A stretch of 64,000 bases of DNA. Origin: Amoebophrya sp. A120. Its lineage: Eukaryota; Protista; Dinoflagellata. The stretch spans positions 4,490,258 to 4,554,257 of the forward strand of contig CAJINV010000007.1 in NCBI GenBank assembly GCA_905178155.1, given 5' to 3'. The notes under the pieces were generated by a model, which did not search any database, was not told the DNA's origin, and was given only the letters and a program-made list of their open reading frames with translations. This document shows positions 23,201 to 36,847 of the stretch, in pieces; position 1 is the stretch's first letter, and every line of letters begins with the position of its first letter. A program made the translations under genes and the position numbers.

Positions 23201-26200
23201 ACAAAACACGGGGAAAGCAACGCGGTCAAGGGGCTCACTGTCGTGTCTTTGGGCCCTGCTGCCAGAGCATAATTGTCATCTACTTGCAGGCCTACAAAAG
23301 TAGAACTCCACCTGGAGGGAGGGCTGCTGGGGAAGAGGCAAGAACATAAACAGTGGCGTGATGGCGCAAAAGCCGTGCCGCCAAAAACCAAAAAATAGCG
23401 ATCTCTACATGGATAGATAAAAAGTGGACGGCCAGTTGCTCCACCCACCGTCCCACGTTGTGCAAGCAGTTTGGCCAAACAAAGTCAAACTCGCTGCACG
23501 CGGCGCACCGGGGACGGGCGGGCGCACACGGACACGGGCAGGCAATTCAAAAAGAATGGGTGTGCGCACTTCATCTTGGCGACACCCCCAAAGACTGATC
23601 GCAAGTTTGCTGGCACAGTTTATCTATGCAAGTCACAATACACACTTCTCGTTCCAACAGGGCGGGCAAGGGGGGGGCGACCGATCCAAGTACGGAGACA
23701 AACACGTCGGCTCGGCCGGTAAGAATTAGAATTAAATACAGGCTTTCATGTCCTCCCAGCGAAGCCGGGGCTTGCTCCTGCGCCACGAAGAATTATGATC
23801 TAACCAGGAGGACAGCTACCTCAGCTGCCAGAAAGCTCGAGTACGCCAACAAGAAAACAGCACTAGACTAAGCACACACAAAAACAAAACGGCGCAGCAA
23901 ATGCGCCAGCCACTGCCAGCCTCGTGTCGTGTGGGATAAATATACAAGCAGCCCTTCTGCATCTGCATAACTGAAACTTTCTGTCGCCCCAAGACTTGCT
24001 GCGCGCCCACGCCGGCGGAGCGGGAGACGCGAAGCGTTAACTTTTCCCCGTCGTGGCGCGGCCGCGCAATCTGAATGCTATCCTCGTTCCCGAGCTACCT
24101 TGGACGCAACGTGTCGCCGGATAGCGGCAGGATCGTTTCCGGGGACAGTTTCAACGTTTAACCGGTAAACGACAATAGCTCGGTCCCCAATTGGCGTGAT
24201 TTCCCGAAGCTTCTTGCGAACACTGTTGGCCTTCTGTTGCACCTCGGCATTGTAACCGTACGGAGTGTCACGCGTATCACTCTTATAGTGCATGTAGGTC
24301 CAGGACGAGGTTTTTGGCTGGCCCAAAAATTCTTTTGCCTCCGGATCGAGTAATCCTGTATCCTGTTCACAAGCGGCATAGGCGAAGCTCGAGACCCCTC
24401 CGACGAACAATCTTCCGCGCAAATCAGCACACGAATAAGAATATGACGCACAGGCCTTGAGAGCCATTTCTGCATTGGACTTCGTGCCGTGGGTGCCGCA
24501 CTTGGGCGATTCCGTAGGAGGTCCTCTTTCAGGGCCGCTGAGCGGCACTGTCTGCAAGTCCGATACTTTGTAGGAGCCGATGTTTACAGCTGTGTTGCGG
24601 CTCGGTTTCCACCATGTGGAAAAATCCTGTCCCTCGCTTCGCGCAGGGATAAGCGGACGGTCCTTTGCCCACTCCCCCTTCTTCTCGTCTGTGTCTCGAA
24701 CCGGCTCGCATTCGTCATCTTGCGTCGGCGTTATCAGCTGCGGCCAATCCACCTTCTGATCTTGGTCAAAACAGTTTCCAGCAAAATTACCGTCCTTCGA
24801 GAAGGCATATGGCGACTCTTTGTAGATGTGGTGCGGCGCGGGGTCGCCAGATAGCCTCCTACAGAAAAGCTCACCCATAGACACCACAGTCGCAATTGTA
24901 GATATCTGATGCCTTATGCCTTTCCTTCCATGAAGAAGGCGGCTCTACCTCCTAATAGTTTGAAGACAAGATATCACTTTTTTCATTCTTTCTTCGTGAA
25001 GAAATTGAAATACCAAAGCCCACTTCACGTCGATGCTTCCAGGGTAGGATTTAGTTTCAGGACCATTCGCTGGAATACAATAAGCGCATATTGCTACACA
25101 GGGTTTGGACTCTTCGCTATCATTTGAGTGAGAGTCCAAAGAAATCCGAAGAACTGCAATGGGTTGCTATTATACATCTTTGAAACCAGTGGTCCTGTGG
25201 GTGTACTTTTCTTTCCGATAAACAGTCCGAATGCCAAAAACGAGTTGTCTTGGTTCTGCACCATACTTCCTGCGGATTGCCCAGCAAGAAGTATGCTCTT
25301 CTCTCGCCAACCTTGGAGGATCGATGCGAAATAGTTTTGCATCAGGTCGCTGTCGTGTGCCTCTGCCATGAGGTCGAAGACATTTCCGCCGCCGATGTAG
25401 TACATCATTTTCATGCGGTGCTGCCCCAATACTTGGTTAGCATTGGGTCCGAAAAACGACATCGCGGTGTTCGTTTGCCACTCTGGAGCGATGTATCCCA
25501 GCGCTGGGTCAAACGGAACCCGCACACGAAGACCGTGGCGGGCAAGGTCAACGTAATACACAGCCTGATTGACCAAGCTTTCAAGTTCCGCGCCCCCGAG
25601 TAGCAGCGAGTCCGTGAACTGGCGAAGCGAGTTGGCGACATGGGTCCTGAAAGCTGGCGTCATCACGCAATCGGCAAAAGCGTGTGGACCATGACTCTGT
25701 TTCCCCTTACAGTCGGGGGCTTCCGGGTGGCGCAACATGCTCAGTTTGGCGTCGGCGTTCATGACGAAGGCGAATTTTAGACCGTTATTCAGGTCTGTGC
25801 CGATGAATTCCCGGAACAGGTTCACAAAAGCGAGCTGCAACCCGCCGTTGTCAATGAGCGTGGACAGGAAGAACCCGTACCCATAGTTCGCGTTCTCTCC
25901 GGCCTGGACCGGATGCTGCCCGTTCGCGGTCGACACATCAAGCGCAAGCATGCACATCGCGTACAACCGCTCCCGCTTCTGGTTTGCATTTGGATAGGCC
26001 AGCTCCGCTCGGTTGCGCGCAGTTTTGCAACCCGGCGCGAGAAGCTCCAGTGGGACCGCCGATCCGACACTTCGTTCCCCAGAACTGTCCTCTGCAAAGA
26101 CAGGCATTTCCAGAGCGGGTGCGATTCGCCTCTGGTAATCCTGGTGCTTGCTTGGTTCTTCAGGGACACAGATCACGGATAATGCGAAAAGTGACGACAT

Positions 26201-27031
26201 TGTATCCTTGGTGCTGCCACTGGGAGTCACTTCCCAGTGCGGCCGCTCAATCTTCTTGTCCGGGCACATGAACTGCACATGCTCAAAAGCGGTTCCCGGT
26301 CCTCCTGAGTACGATTCTTGCATTTTCGTGGGGTCTACGCCTGCCGGACCCGGAGCGCTTGCTGCATACAGAAAACAAGTCCTCCGATTACTGAGCTCTC
26401 CCACCTCGGGTATCGTCCCTCCTGCCGCACCATTCGGCCGCACGGCTATAAAATTTCCAACTTCAAAATTCTTTTTCTCGAAGAGTTGTTCGTGTTTGGC
26501 AGGAAGGACCGGCGCGCAGTAGTCTTCCGGCCCGGGGCTGATGCACTCCCACTCCACTGCCGAGTTCGAGGCGCCGCACACTTTGCAGCCTGCCACCCTG
26601 CACGCCTTTTTTGCGATCAGAGTCTGCATCTCGTCGAAGTCGCTCGCTATTGCCATCCCTCTACGGTGGAGGTATTGCCATCCCTCTACTTTGTGTTTCT
26701 TCCACTTTCTGAGCAACTCGTCGTACTTCTGGGAAAACTTGTCCGCGTCGCAAGCGTCATCCGCCCGCGTGACCTGTTTGAAGTGGTCCCTGACGATGTC
26801 TTTCCCCGACCTGGCTTGTTGTGGTTCCAGTTCCACAGCCCCCTGCTGCGCGGACAGCTTCACTCCCACTTGGAGGTGAGAGGAACGAACAGACTCCTCC
26901 TCATCCGTGCGCTCCTCCTCGTCGTCGTCAAGAGGGTCTTCCATCGGCGCCGCCGCTTTTGCCTCACTCCTGGCGTTTTCAGCACTTCTCTGACTCAGAC
27001 TCACGTCCTCCAGCGGCACCGGTCCATTGAG
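17201..27031 (-). CDS. ~2300-aa protein with two tandem peptidase S51 (dipeptidase E / cyanophycinase)-like units; exons approx. 27031-25224, 24858-24099, 23163-22653, 21904-18716, 17889-17201; further 5' exons likely
   Basis: Each unit has YY[VI]GGGNVFDL, LAGQSAGSMV, YQGL..(N)IRPH and ITDGMA[VI]V motifs. GT-AG introns 21905-22652 and 17890-18715 both fall at Y-G|G-V. Confidence 0.72.
17943..18006. repeat. Perfect palindrome, 31-bp arms with 2-nt loop
   Basis: gggaattcagcgtacaacttttttcttttaa-ct-ttaaaagaaaaaagttgtacgctgaattccc. Confidence 0.95.
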
Positions 27032-27577
27032 CTAATATGCAGTGCAAAAATGTACTAATCGTACATAAATATCGGTATTTGATGAAGATAAAAGTCACAA
27101 CATCTGAAATTATGAAGAGAGATACAAGTTACAAACTCGAACTTTAAAGCGTATGCATGTCGCCGTGTGCCTATCAACTTGCTTAGTGCTATGACTTGAA
27201 CGGAAAAAAAAAATCACATAGAAGTTGTAGTACGGTCGAGGACTGGCATGATCATGAACATGATGCAAGATTGCAGCTCATACGGGATGATGACGAATAT
27301 TACGTCGTGGTCGTACGTTTTTTGCACAGCGTAGTTCTTCCTTCGTCTGCTCCTGTTGTGTGCTTCCACGTAAATTTCCGCGACGTGCTGCTTGTTTTCT
27401 GCTCCTTCCGGCACCACCTTCCGACCGAGCTTCGTGGTCCCTGTATGGAATTGGAAAACTGCGCCCATGGATCTCTGCATTGCAGACAAGCACAACTCCA
27501 GACACCTAACTTTGTTTGCTGTGCGGTCTCGAAAAATTTAGTACAGAAAACCCCCGGGCTGATGTCCATTTACGTTC

Positions 27578-28426
27578 TTACAGGGGTCTTCTTTTTATGG
27601 ACAACACAAGACACGCAAAAACCATATTAGAATGGGTAAATTTTATTCCGTGGCACTGGTTCATAGAGACAGTGACATCAGAAGCGGAATCGTATACAAC
27701 CAATGCCAATGCAAATTCTGGAAGGCCTACTACAATACTGCACGCGTCAGTTTTGTTGTTGCATACATCGTCCTCCGTGATGCTGGGACGGTCGCCCCGA
27801 TTGTTCCAAAAAGCCAGGGCGAGCGGCGACGCAATGACAAAAACGCAGAACGATGCCCACCACACCCGCTGGTGCCCTTTGAACGATAAGCCCGACAGAG
27901 AAAATCGCGTCACGCACGTTGCCAGTAGGCTCATGCTCGGAGGTTTGTTGTTATCGACAACCGGCGTGGGATGGCGCTCATTCGTAACTTGCTGGTGCGT
28001 GGTCACTTTTGACGCCATCGTGTTTTTGATTTTGCTTCTTGTTTTTCCTTTCCCAATCGTCATCGCTCTCATCTTGGTCTTACCAGTGATAATCTTCGCC
28101 CACAGCAGAGGGCCCAGGTGGCCCAGGATTGTGGTCAGCAGCGGCACATAAAAATCGCGAAACAGCGGTGGTCCTCCCCCCTTCTTGTAGGTGATAAGCT
28201 TGGTCCAAAATTCGCTCCACTTGTGCTGTGCCAGCGCACGCGCCTTCGCAGCAGCACCGAGTGTGGCCCTCAAGTAAAGGCGAAAGATGCTTTTCCTTCG
28301 TTTTGCCGCCGCGGCACTGGATTTTTTAATCTTGGCCGCAATTTCTTCCTTCCTGTTAAAGATGCTCTTTGCGGGAGCGCGAGCAAAGACCACTTCATCG
28401 ACGCGGGGGCGCAAAGCAGATCTCAT
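27578..28426 (-). CDS. Putative upstream exon(s) or separate gene with a transmembrane-like segment
   Basis: 282-aa ORF with a basic region followed by hydrophobic VWWASFCVFVIASPLALAFW. No homology recognised. Confidence 0.3.
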   Translation of the reverse strand: MRSALRPRVDEVVFARAPAKSIFNRKEEIAAKIKKSSAAAAKRRKSIFRLYLRATLGAAAKARALAQHKWSEFWTKLITYKKGGGPPLFRDFYVPLLTTILGHLGPLLWAKIITGKTKMRAMTIGKGKTRSKIKNTMASKVTTHQQVTNERHPTPVVDNNKPPSMSLLATCVTRFSLSGLSFKGHQRVWWASFCVFVIASPLALAFWNNRGDRPSITEDDVCNNKTDACSIVVGLPEFALALVVYDSASDVTVSMNQCHGIKFTHSNMVFACLVLSIKRRPL

Positions 28427-29392
28427 TGTGCTGCCGGTAGGTCTCAGGAGTACCAGCCTCTCAGGAGTGCCAGCCCTGCAACAAAAGGAGACGTGTGGAA
28501 GATTTGCAACGGGTCAAATTCTGCCTGGCCTGTCGGCGTGAACGGGCCCGAGCCAGCCCTTTATGCTGCGGGTCGCTCCGTGCGGCGCGCCGTGCCTGCA
28601 ATCGTCGTGCAGCGGGACCTGCAAAAAAAATACTGATGCTTGCGTTTGATTCTAATTTTATTCCGGTCTTTTTTTTTAGACACGATCTTTTCTTTTACGA
28701 TTCTCGATTCGTTCTCGGTTTTCTTCTTCTACCATATGGCGCGTCAACACCACGCTCATCGATATAACGTTTCTTTCGTCGAGAGAGCTGCGGCAGGGCT
28801 ACTGCTTTACGTTCACGGCTCTACTGACGCAGAAAAACCAAAAATCCTGATAGTAAACGATTGTAAAAAGTACAAGGAATGAGTGAGAAAAGAAATTAAT
28901 TTATTGAAACACGTATTTAAGAATAGGCGATTAGAGAATACTTATCAGCAGCAGGGAAAAAATAAAGTCACTCCTGCGGGTCGTCATAAAGCAACATCCA
29001 AGAACGATTGCACATTGCTTTGCAGTTCTTCTGCAACTGCCGTACGTATCGGCGTGGGCGTCGGAGATGCAATCCGGGCATAAACTTAATCGGTGCTTAA
29101 ACGTATGAGACTGACCAACAATGTCCGTCTCTTTCCTATCTTACAAAAGATCAGACGTGGTCGGAACCGAGCCGCAAGGAAAAAGTTCAAGTTGCACGAC
29201 AGACATGTAAACATAACGACAGCGCAGGACTCGACTGCGACAAGCTGAACTAATTGTAGGTGGACGAAGACGCGGTGTGTGGGCAACAACTACCGATAAT
29301 GAATTTTCGCTTATGATGGAAACCAAGAGCAACCGAGACCATTTTTCTTTTTTTGAATGTTTTCACTACTACCTAGTCTGCAGTAATGTTCC

Positions 29393-29414
29393 CTTGAGCC
29401 AAAATGGCTACGGA
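29393..29414 (-). other. Genomic full-length dinoflagellate spliced leader (DinoSL) sequence
   Basis: Reverse complement reads TCCGTAGCCATTTTGGCTCAAG, a 22/22 match to DCCGTAGCCATTTTGGCTCAAG. Followed by GGAAC rather than a GT donor. Confidence 0.93.
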
Positions 29415-30540
29415 TAACCAGTAGAAGACCGAGAAGAAACGCTTACATGAGTGACTAACGTACAGGAATTACCGAATCACCACTTCGTTGCAGAAAATCA
29501 CCGACTCCAACCTTGAAACAAAACCGCTTTAGGCGTCCGTGGGCTCATTTTATAGCCTCACATTTTAAGCCACGCAAATTTCAGTCCGCGGACTTGCAAT
29601 TATATCATTCCTTCAGCGATAAACGTACCAGGCACTTTACAAAGTCGTTGCTACAAAACCATCTGTAGAAATATAGCATTTGCAAAGAAGCCCCACATCC
29701 GTCTTCTCTCTGGCCATCAATACGACGCGCAGCTCTCGCTAGAAAAGGAGAAGAGGGCGAACTTGGGAAAGCCAGTAATGCTGCAGAGGTACTGGTGCAA
29801 GACGGATTGTTTCGCGATAGAAGATTTTAGTATGAGTATAGTTTCAGACTGCAGCTCCTCATCATGATTTTGAGACGCGCCTTGCGATAAGAATTACCGG
29901 AGGACACATACAATTTAACACGGACGAGGGACTAGTTTTAAAGCTGCGTCGAACTTTTGGATTTACTTCAACAAAAAGTGCAAATCGGAATCGAGTAGGC
30001 AAGTCTCGGCAGAAGTAGTAAGTAACTTGTGTGGTGCAAGATCCTAGCATGACAGGTTCACAGATTTGCAGAGACTGGCGAATTACGCCAGAAAAGCAGA
30101 ACTGCGCTGTCATTTCAGACCTGCAGTACAACAACCTTCTAGTGCAGGAAAAGCGTCAAGTACAGAGACAAACCTACTGATTTTGCAACTTGCGGTAGAT
30201 GACACACGACACCGTAGCGATTTGATTACGGGTGAGACGACCACGTTCATTCTAGCTGATAGCAGTAAAGAAGACAAACGATACTTGTACTAGCTCATTT
30301 TAGTCCATATTTGTAGCCTAGTGAAGATACAACACTTTATTTTCTGTTGGAAAACGAAGAAATTAGGAATTCGTAGTTTCGTTTGTGGCTTTTTTTTCAC
30401 AAGGGAAAATTCCATGGGTAGAATCACTACGGTGTGTGGTGGTGGAAAAGGCAAGGAAAAGTTTGTCTTTACTAAATTTCCGTGAGCACGACGTTTTCAT
30501 GTCCCGTAAAAGTGAGTATCATTCCAGAACCTCTATTAAT

Positions 30541-32062
<1,522 letters not shown>

Positions 32063-33148
32063 TCAAAAGAGCTCGAAGATCGGAAATTCCTTTCAGGACT
32101 CACAACAAATCACAACTTTCAACTACAATTTTTATTTTTTTCCACAGGAAATCAAAATTTGGATTTTGTTTTATTGTACAACTTGGAGAGAAAAGAGTGT
32201 TGCTGGTGTAACAAAATGTCAAATTGCAGATCGCTTGTTTTTCGGGGAAACCCTTCAGAGGATGCTGCGCGCGCAGAATGATGAAATATGTCGGGTCTAT
32301 TATTAGGATCCAAATGCTTGCTTTCTTGTGCTTTTGAATCGTTAGTTTTGTTTGCTTTTGTTCACCAACTTCGGCTTCCCGCAATGCAAGGCCGTCTGAA
32401 TAAAAAAACCTCCAGATCTCACAGTCACAACATACCAGCTACTAGGTCGCAATGAGCAGCTGCAGCGTGCAACTAGAACTACAAACAATCATGTAAGTAC
32501 GTACAACGTGTTGTCTTTGCTGTAAAATTATCAGCTCTGGTCCTATAATCAACCTGTATGGAGCGGTGCTATTTTGCACACTTTCGCTGAGTCGTGCGCG
32601 TTTGTTTCACAGATATCTCAACCACTCCTCAACCGACATCTCTTTCTCTTCTTGTTCTTTCTATTTTTTCGACGTACGTACTAAACTGCTCTTCTTACTT
32701 AATCGAGTGAACGAAGGCCGACCGATACAGACACTTACAACTTTCCTTCCGAACATGCAGCTTCTATTCGAAATACGAAGAATGAGAACTCTGCAACTTC
32801 TCACGATGCGCGGCCGATGGCATAGGTCCTCTGTTTCTTTCTACGTACGCCTTAACCCTGCGTTTTCTTGCGCTGTGCTGTTTCATCAACAAGCCATTTT
32901 CATCTTGTGGTTGTCATTTGCCTTCAACTTCAAAAAATTTAAGAGCTAGGTGTAAGAAAATCATGATACGGTGACACAATGTTTTTACAGAGATCCGGCT
33001 CGCCGTAGGCTCCGCTGTTCAGCGTGTCGACAAAAGCTACGAATGCTCTTTCTTCCACCAAAGTAACGCTCATGACACTTTGCTCTTGAGTATACATAGA
33101 TTTCAATGCGTTTGGTCAATCATGGTCTTCATCTTATGCCTCTATCAC

Positions 33149-35941
33149 TTAAATCCTCTCCAGGGTTCCGCAGCCCAGGAGGTCGAAGCAGGATTTCATC
33201 GTTCTGCGCGTCAGTTCAATCAGCAACAGCCTGCTGTCCTGCTCCTCGTGGCCGACCACCTTGCACTTCATGTAGAACGCCGTGTAGAGGTTCACGACCT
33301 TGTACAAAAACTCGCACAAGTTGTGGACGGCGAGCGAGTGGAGGACTGATTCCAGCACATCCGGAAATTTCAAAATCTCCAGCAGCAGATTCCTCTCCTC
33401 CGGCTCGGTGATGTTCAATTTTGATAGCGGAATCTTTGCCGTCATCTCTTCCGGCGATTTGAATCCGGCTTTCCTCTGGATGCTGCAAATACGCGCGTAG
33501 GCGTACAGAAGATAGCTGTGATGGTGATGGATTTCATTGCCAAGTGTCATAGGTTAAAGCAAAAATGATGACTGTTCCTGCGTGCAGCCGGCGTCGAATC
33601 TCGTGTGTCCTCGTGCATCGATGCATCTAAACAAAAAGAACCTAGTCGAAATGGCAATCATCATACATGGCAATCAAAGTCACGGTCTTACACTGCGGTG
33701 TCTCCCCTAGGATCCAGCATGCGATCGAAGCTGAAGATGTAGTTGGAGGTTCGGTTTTGCTTCAAATCGAAGTACTTCACCGCCGCATACCTGTGGGTTT
33801 TTGATTTAAAAAAGAAACTTTTTGTCTCAAAGCAGTGTCGACGAAGAGAGTAGTCACCCGCCCGGTTTGTCCAAAGATAGCGTTGAAACAATGTAGAAGG
33901 AATGCACTGAGATTGAGAAAGATGCATAGAAAAGATGATGAAGAAGATCTATGCAGGTGGAAGAAAGCTCGAAAGCGGCCCTAGTGGTAAATATAGTACC
34001 CGATAATCTCCGCTGCCGCGTCAACATCGTATTCCATCGCCTCACCGTTCTTCTTCGCCTCCTCCTGACGCTTTTCTAACTCGACCTTTGCCCTGCTAAC
34101 CGCCTCGTCGAGCAGCATCTCGAGTTTGACAGTGTCGCCAGATCGGGTCTTGAACTTCTTACCTGATGATTTAGGAACATGAAAGCGTTCAAGTAGAGAA
34201 CCGATCTTCAAAATCAACAATCTGTATCGAGCAAAATCGCCAAGACGTCCATCTGGACGCATGATGCAGCGCACTGCGTGCCGTCCTCACTACTTACACC
34301 GTGCCACAAGTAGCATCTTCAAGAGCACAATAAAGAACACAACCAGCAAATTCAGTATAGATACCGTCCTCTCCCTGCACAACCCCGAACCCCATGTGGT
34401 CCAGCCTGCTGACGCCGGGCCTGTGCCAGCCCGCCTGCTTTGCCGCATCGAAAACCGACCAGAAGTGGTTCTCCTGGCCGGTGTCCGTGATGTAGATCAC
34501 CCAATCCGCGCGGTGCACGATCAATCGGTGGTAGATGCACGCTAAATCCGTTGATCCGTAGCAGAATCCGCCGTCTGACTTCTGGACCATGAGCGGTACG
34601 TCGGGGTTGACGTCTGGGACAGTGATCACCTTTGCTCCCTGCGAGGGGACGACAATGTTGCGGTGCTCCAGCTCTTTGATGACGGTGGGAATCATCGGAT
34701 TGTAGTAGGACCTGAAGAGATGAAGGGACTAGGACTTTGATTTCGATAGTATTTCAAATAGTACAAAAATTATCTTCGGCCGAGAGAGCAGACGGTGGCT
34801 CGAGTCGCGTCTTGTCGTGCGACACGTTCATTGACGATCATTCCAGACGCTGTTGCTATACCATTTAAGGGTAAGAGAGAACTCCTGACGCAGGAAATAA
34901 ACACAAAAAAATTACTCTCCCCTTTCCGTCACGTTAATTTCGAGCCGGTCGTACACCCTTTGGTAGCTTTTCCGGGAAATTTCGCAAATGACCTTCCAGG
35001 CCTCGGTGTGAAATTTCGCCCCGGCCTGCAGTTCCACGACGGAGAGTTGACTGCGTTTCTTGAAGTCTGCGTCATCGTCGAATCGCTTCTTGCTTGCCTT
35101 GTAAAAAGACTGCAGATCGGAGATGTCTGGCATGTTTTCCAAAAAATCCGGATACGTCTCCCTCATGTACTCAATCAGCATGCCGAACTGCGTTCCCCAA
35201 TCGCCCACGTGGTTTAACCTCGTCACGTCGTGCCCGCAGAACTCCAGCACGCGGCACATTGCCTCGCCGATAATGGTCGACCGCAAGTGCCCCACATGCA
35301 TCTCCTTGGCAATATTTGGGCTGGAGAAGTCCACAACCACTCGTTTTGAGTAATCCGTCTCGTACTGCTGCTTCTGGGAGGAAGCGCTCGTAGACTGTGA
35401 CAGGAGCCCGAGACCCTGAAGATAGTCAGCCAAGAATTTTGATTTTCAATCCAAAGCCAAAGGCATGCACCAGTTCACTTGACTTACATCAAGTTGCTCG
35501 CTTTTTCAAATTGAATCTCTAGTACCTGATGCATAAGTCCTTGCAATGGCACAAACGAATCTCTTTCAACATCAATCCTGGTACCTTTTCATTGATCCAC
35601 CCGAGGTCGATCCGGACTGAAATGAACCCCGCCGGCGCAACACTTATTTCCTTGAACATTTTATTCTTAAATTCGTCCGCAAGCGAGTCCTTTATTCTGT
35701 TTCCGATGTCTCCCGCGGTTTTCATTTCCTGGCCTAGAACTTCCGTGTCTCCCCGGTATTGGGAGAACAGATCCATGGCATTGTTGCACTGGTAGTCGCC
35801 GAATCTGGGCTGGGCGACGACTATTTTCGCTTCCTGCAACGGGACCTTTGGGAAGGCTTTGTGGATGGCGTCGGAAAACGCTTTCCGGATCGTCTGTTGC
35901 AGCGAAACGATTTTGCCCGCTGCCTCCATTTTTCTCGCCAT
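33149..35941 (-). CDS. RARS1: Arginyl-tRNA synthetase, about 6 exons (first intron boundaries uncertain)
   Basis: [69 protein letters not shown]. Four introns resolve as GT-AG. Confidence 0.96.
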
Positions 35942-36847
35942 GTGGGTTTTTTTCCAATGCGGGCAAAAATATTAAAATGCCTTGCCAAACAGGACAGAAT
36001 AGAGAGGTCGCGAGTATGAGTGTGCGAAGAGAAACTCAGACTTATTACGGTATTCAAAAATGAAATTTCAGAACATAGACCCTGAAAGATCATACAGCAA
36101 CAATCCATGATACTACGGCTCGAAAATTACAAACGCCAATAGCGCACAGATTTTTGATTTTGTACGAAAGGTTTCTACCAGATATCCAGTTTACAAAAAA
36201 ATTTCCAAATAATGTCGTCCTTCTATTTTGTCAAGTATTTCGTGCGATCGGTCGTGCGTCACGAGACTTCTTTAAACTCTAAAAGTACTACAAGCAGGCA
36301 GGATCATCCGGAATGTGATCGCGATCTGGATCTTGTTGCTGCGGTGTGTTTGTATACCAGTTCCGATCCCTGTTGAGAGCAGCTTTCTCTGCAGCTGTGT
36401 CTGTGTCATGCTTCTGAGTACAACGACGATCTCGATCATCACGCAGTACGATTACCATGTTGCCGTCAGTGTTTTCACATCAATCTAGTAGTAGATCGTA
36501 GTCTAGACGAGATCGCTGGAGGATCTTGTCGTCAGCAAGAACATTCAGCGGTACGCGAGAGTGCGAAAAGTAGTGATTCCAGTGGCTTTGCTAGAACATC
36601 AGCAGTAGATGTAGAATCAGCCTCGGGGACTCGCATTGCGTCAACTATAATGGAATGGATGTAGAACTATGACGGCGCCGGCCTGATTTCGACAACATGT
36701 TGTTATCCAATCGCCCAGCCGGAGCCAAATGCTAGCATTGCTGCACATCTAAAATGCTTGCGGAGCCAAAAAGGCATCTCAAACAACGAATGTCGATGTC
36801 TTTGTTTTCGGTGACACTTGCACTTGGAATTAGTACTCGCATTACCC

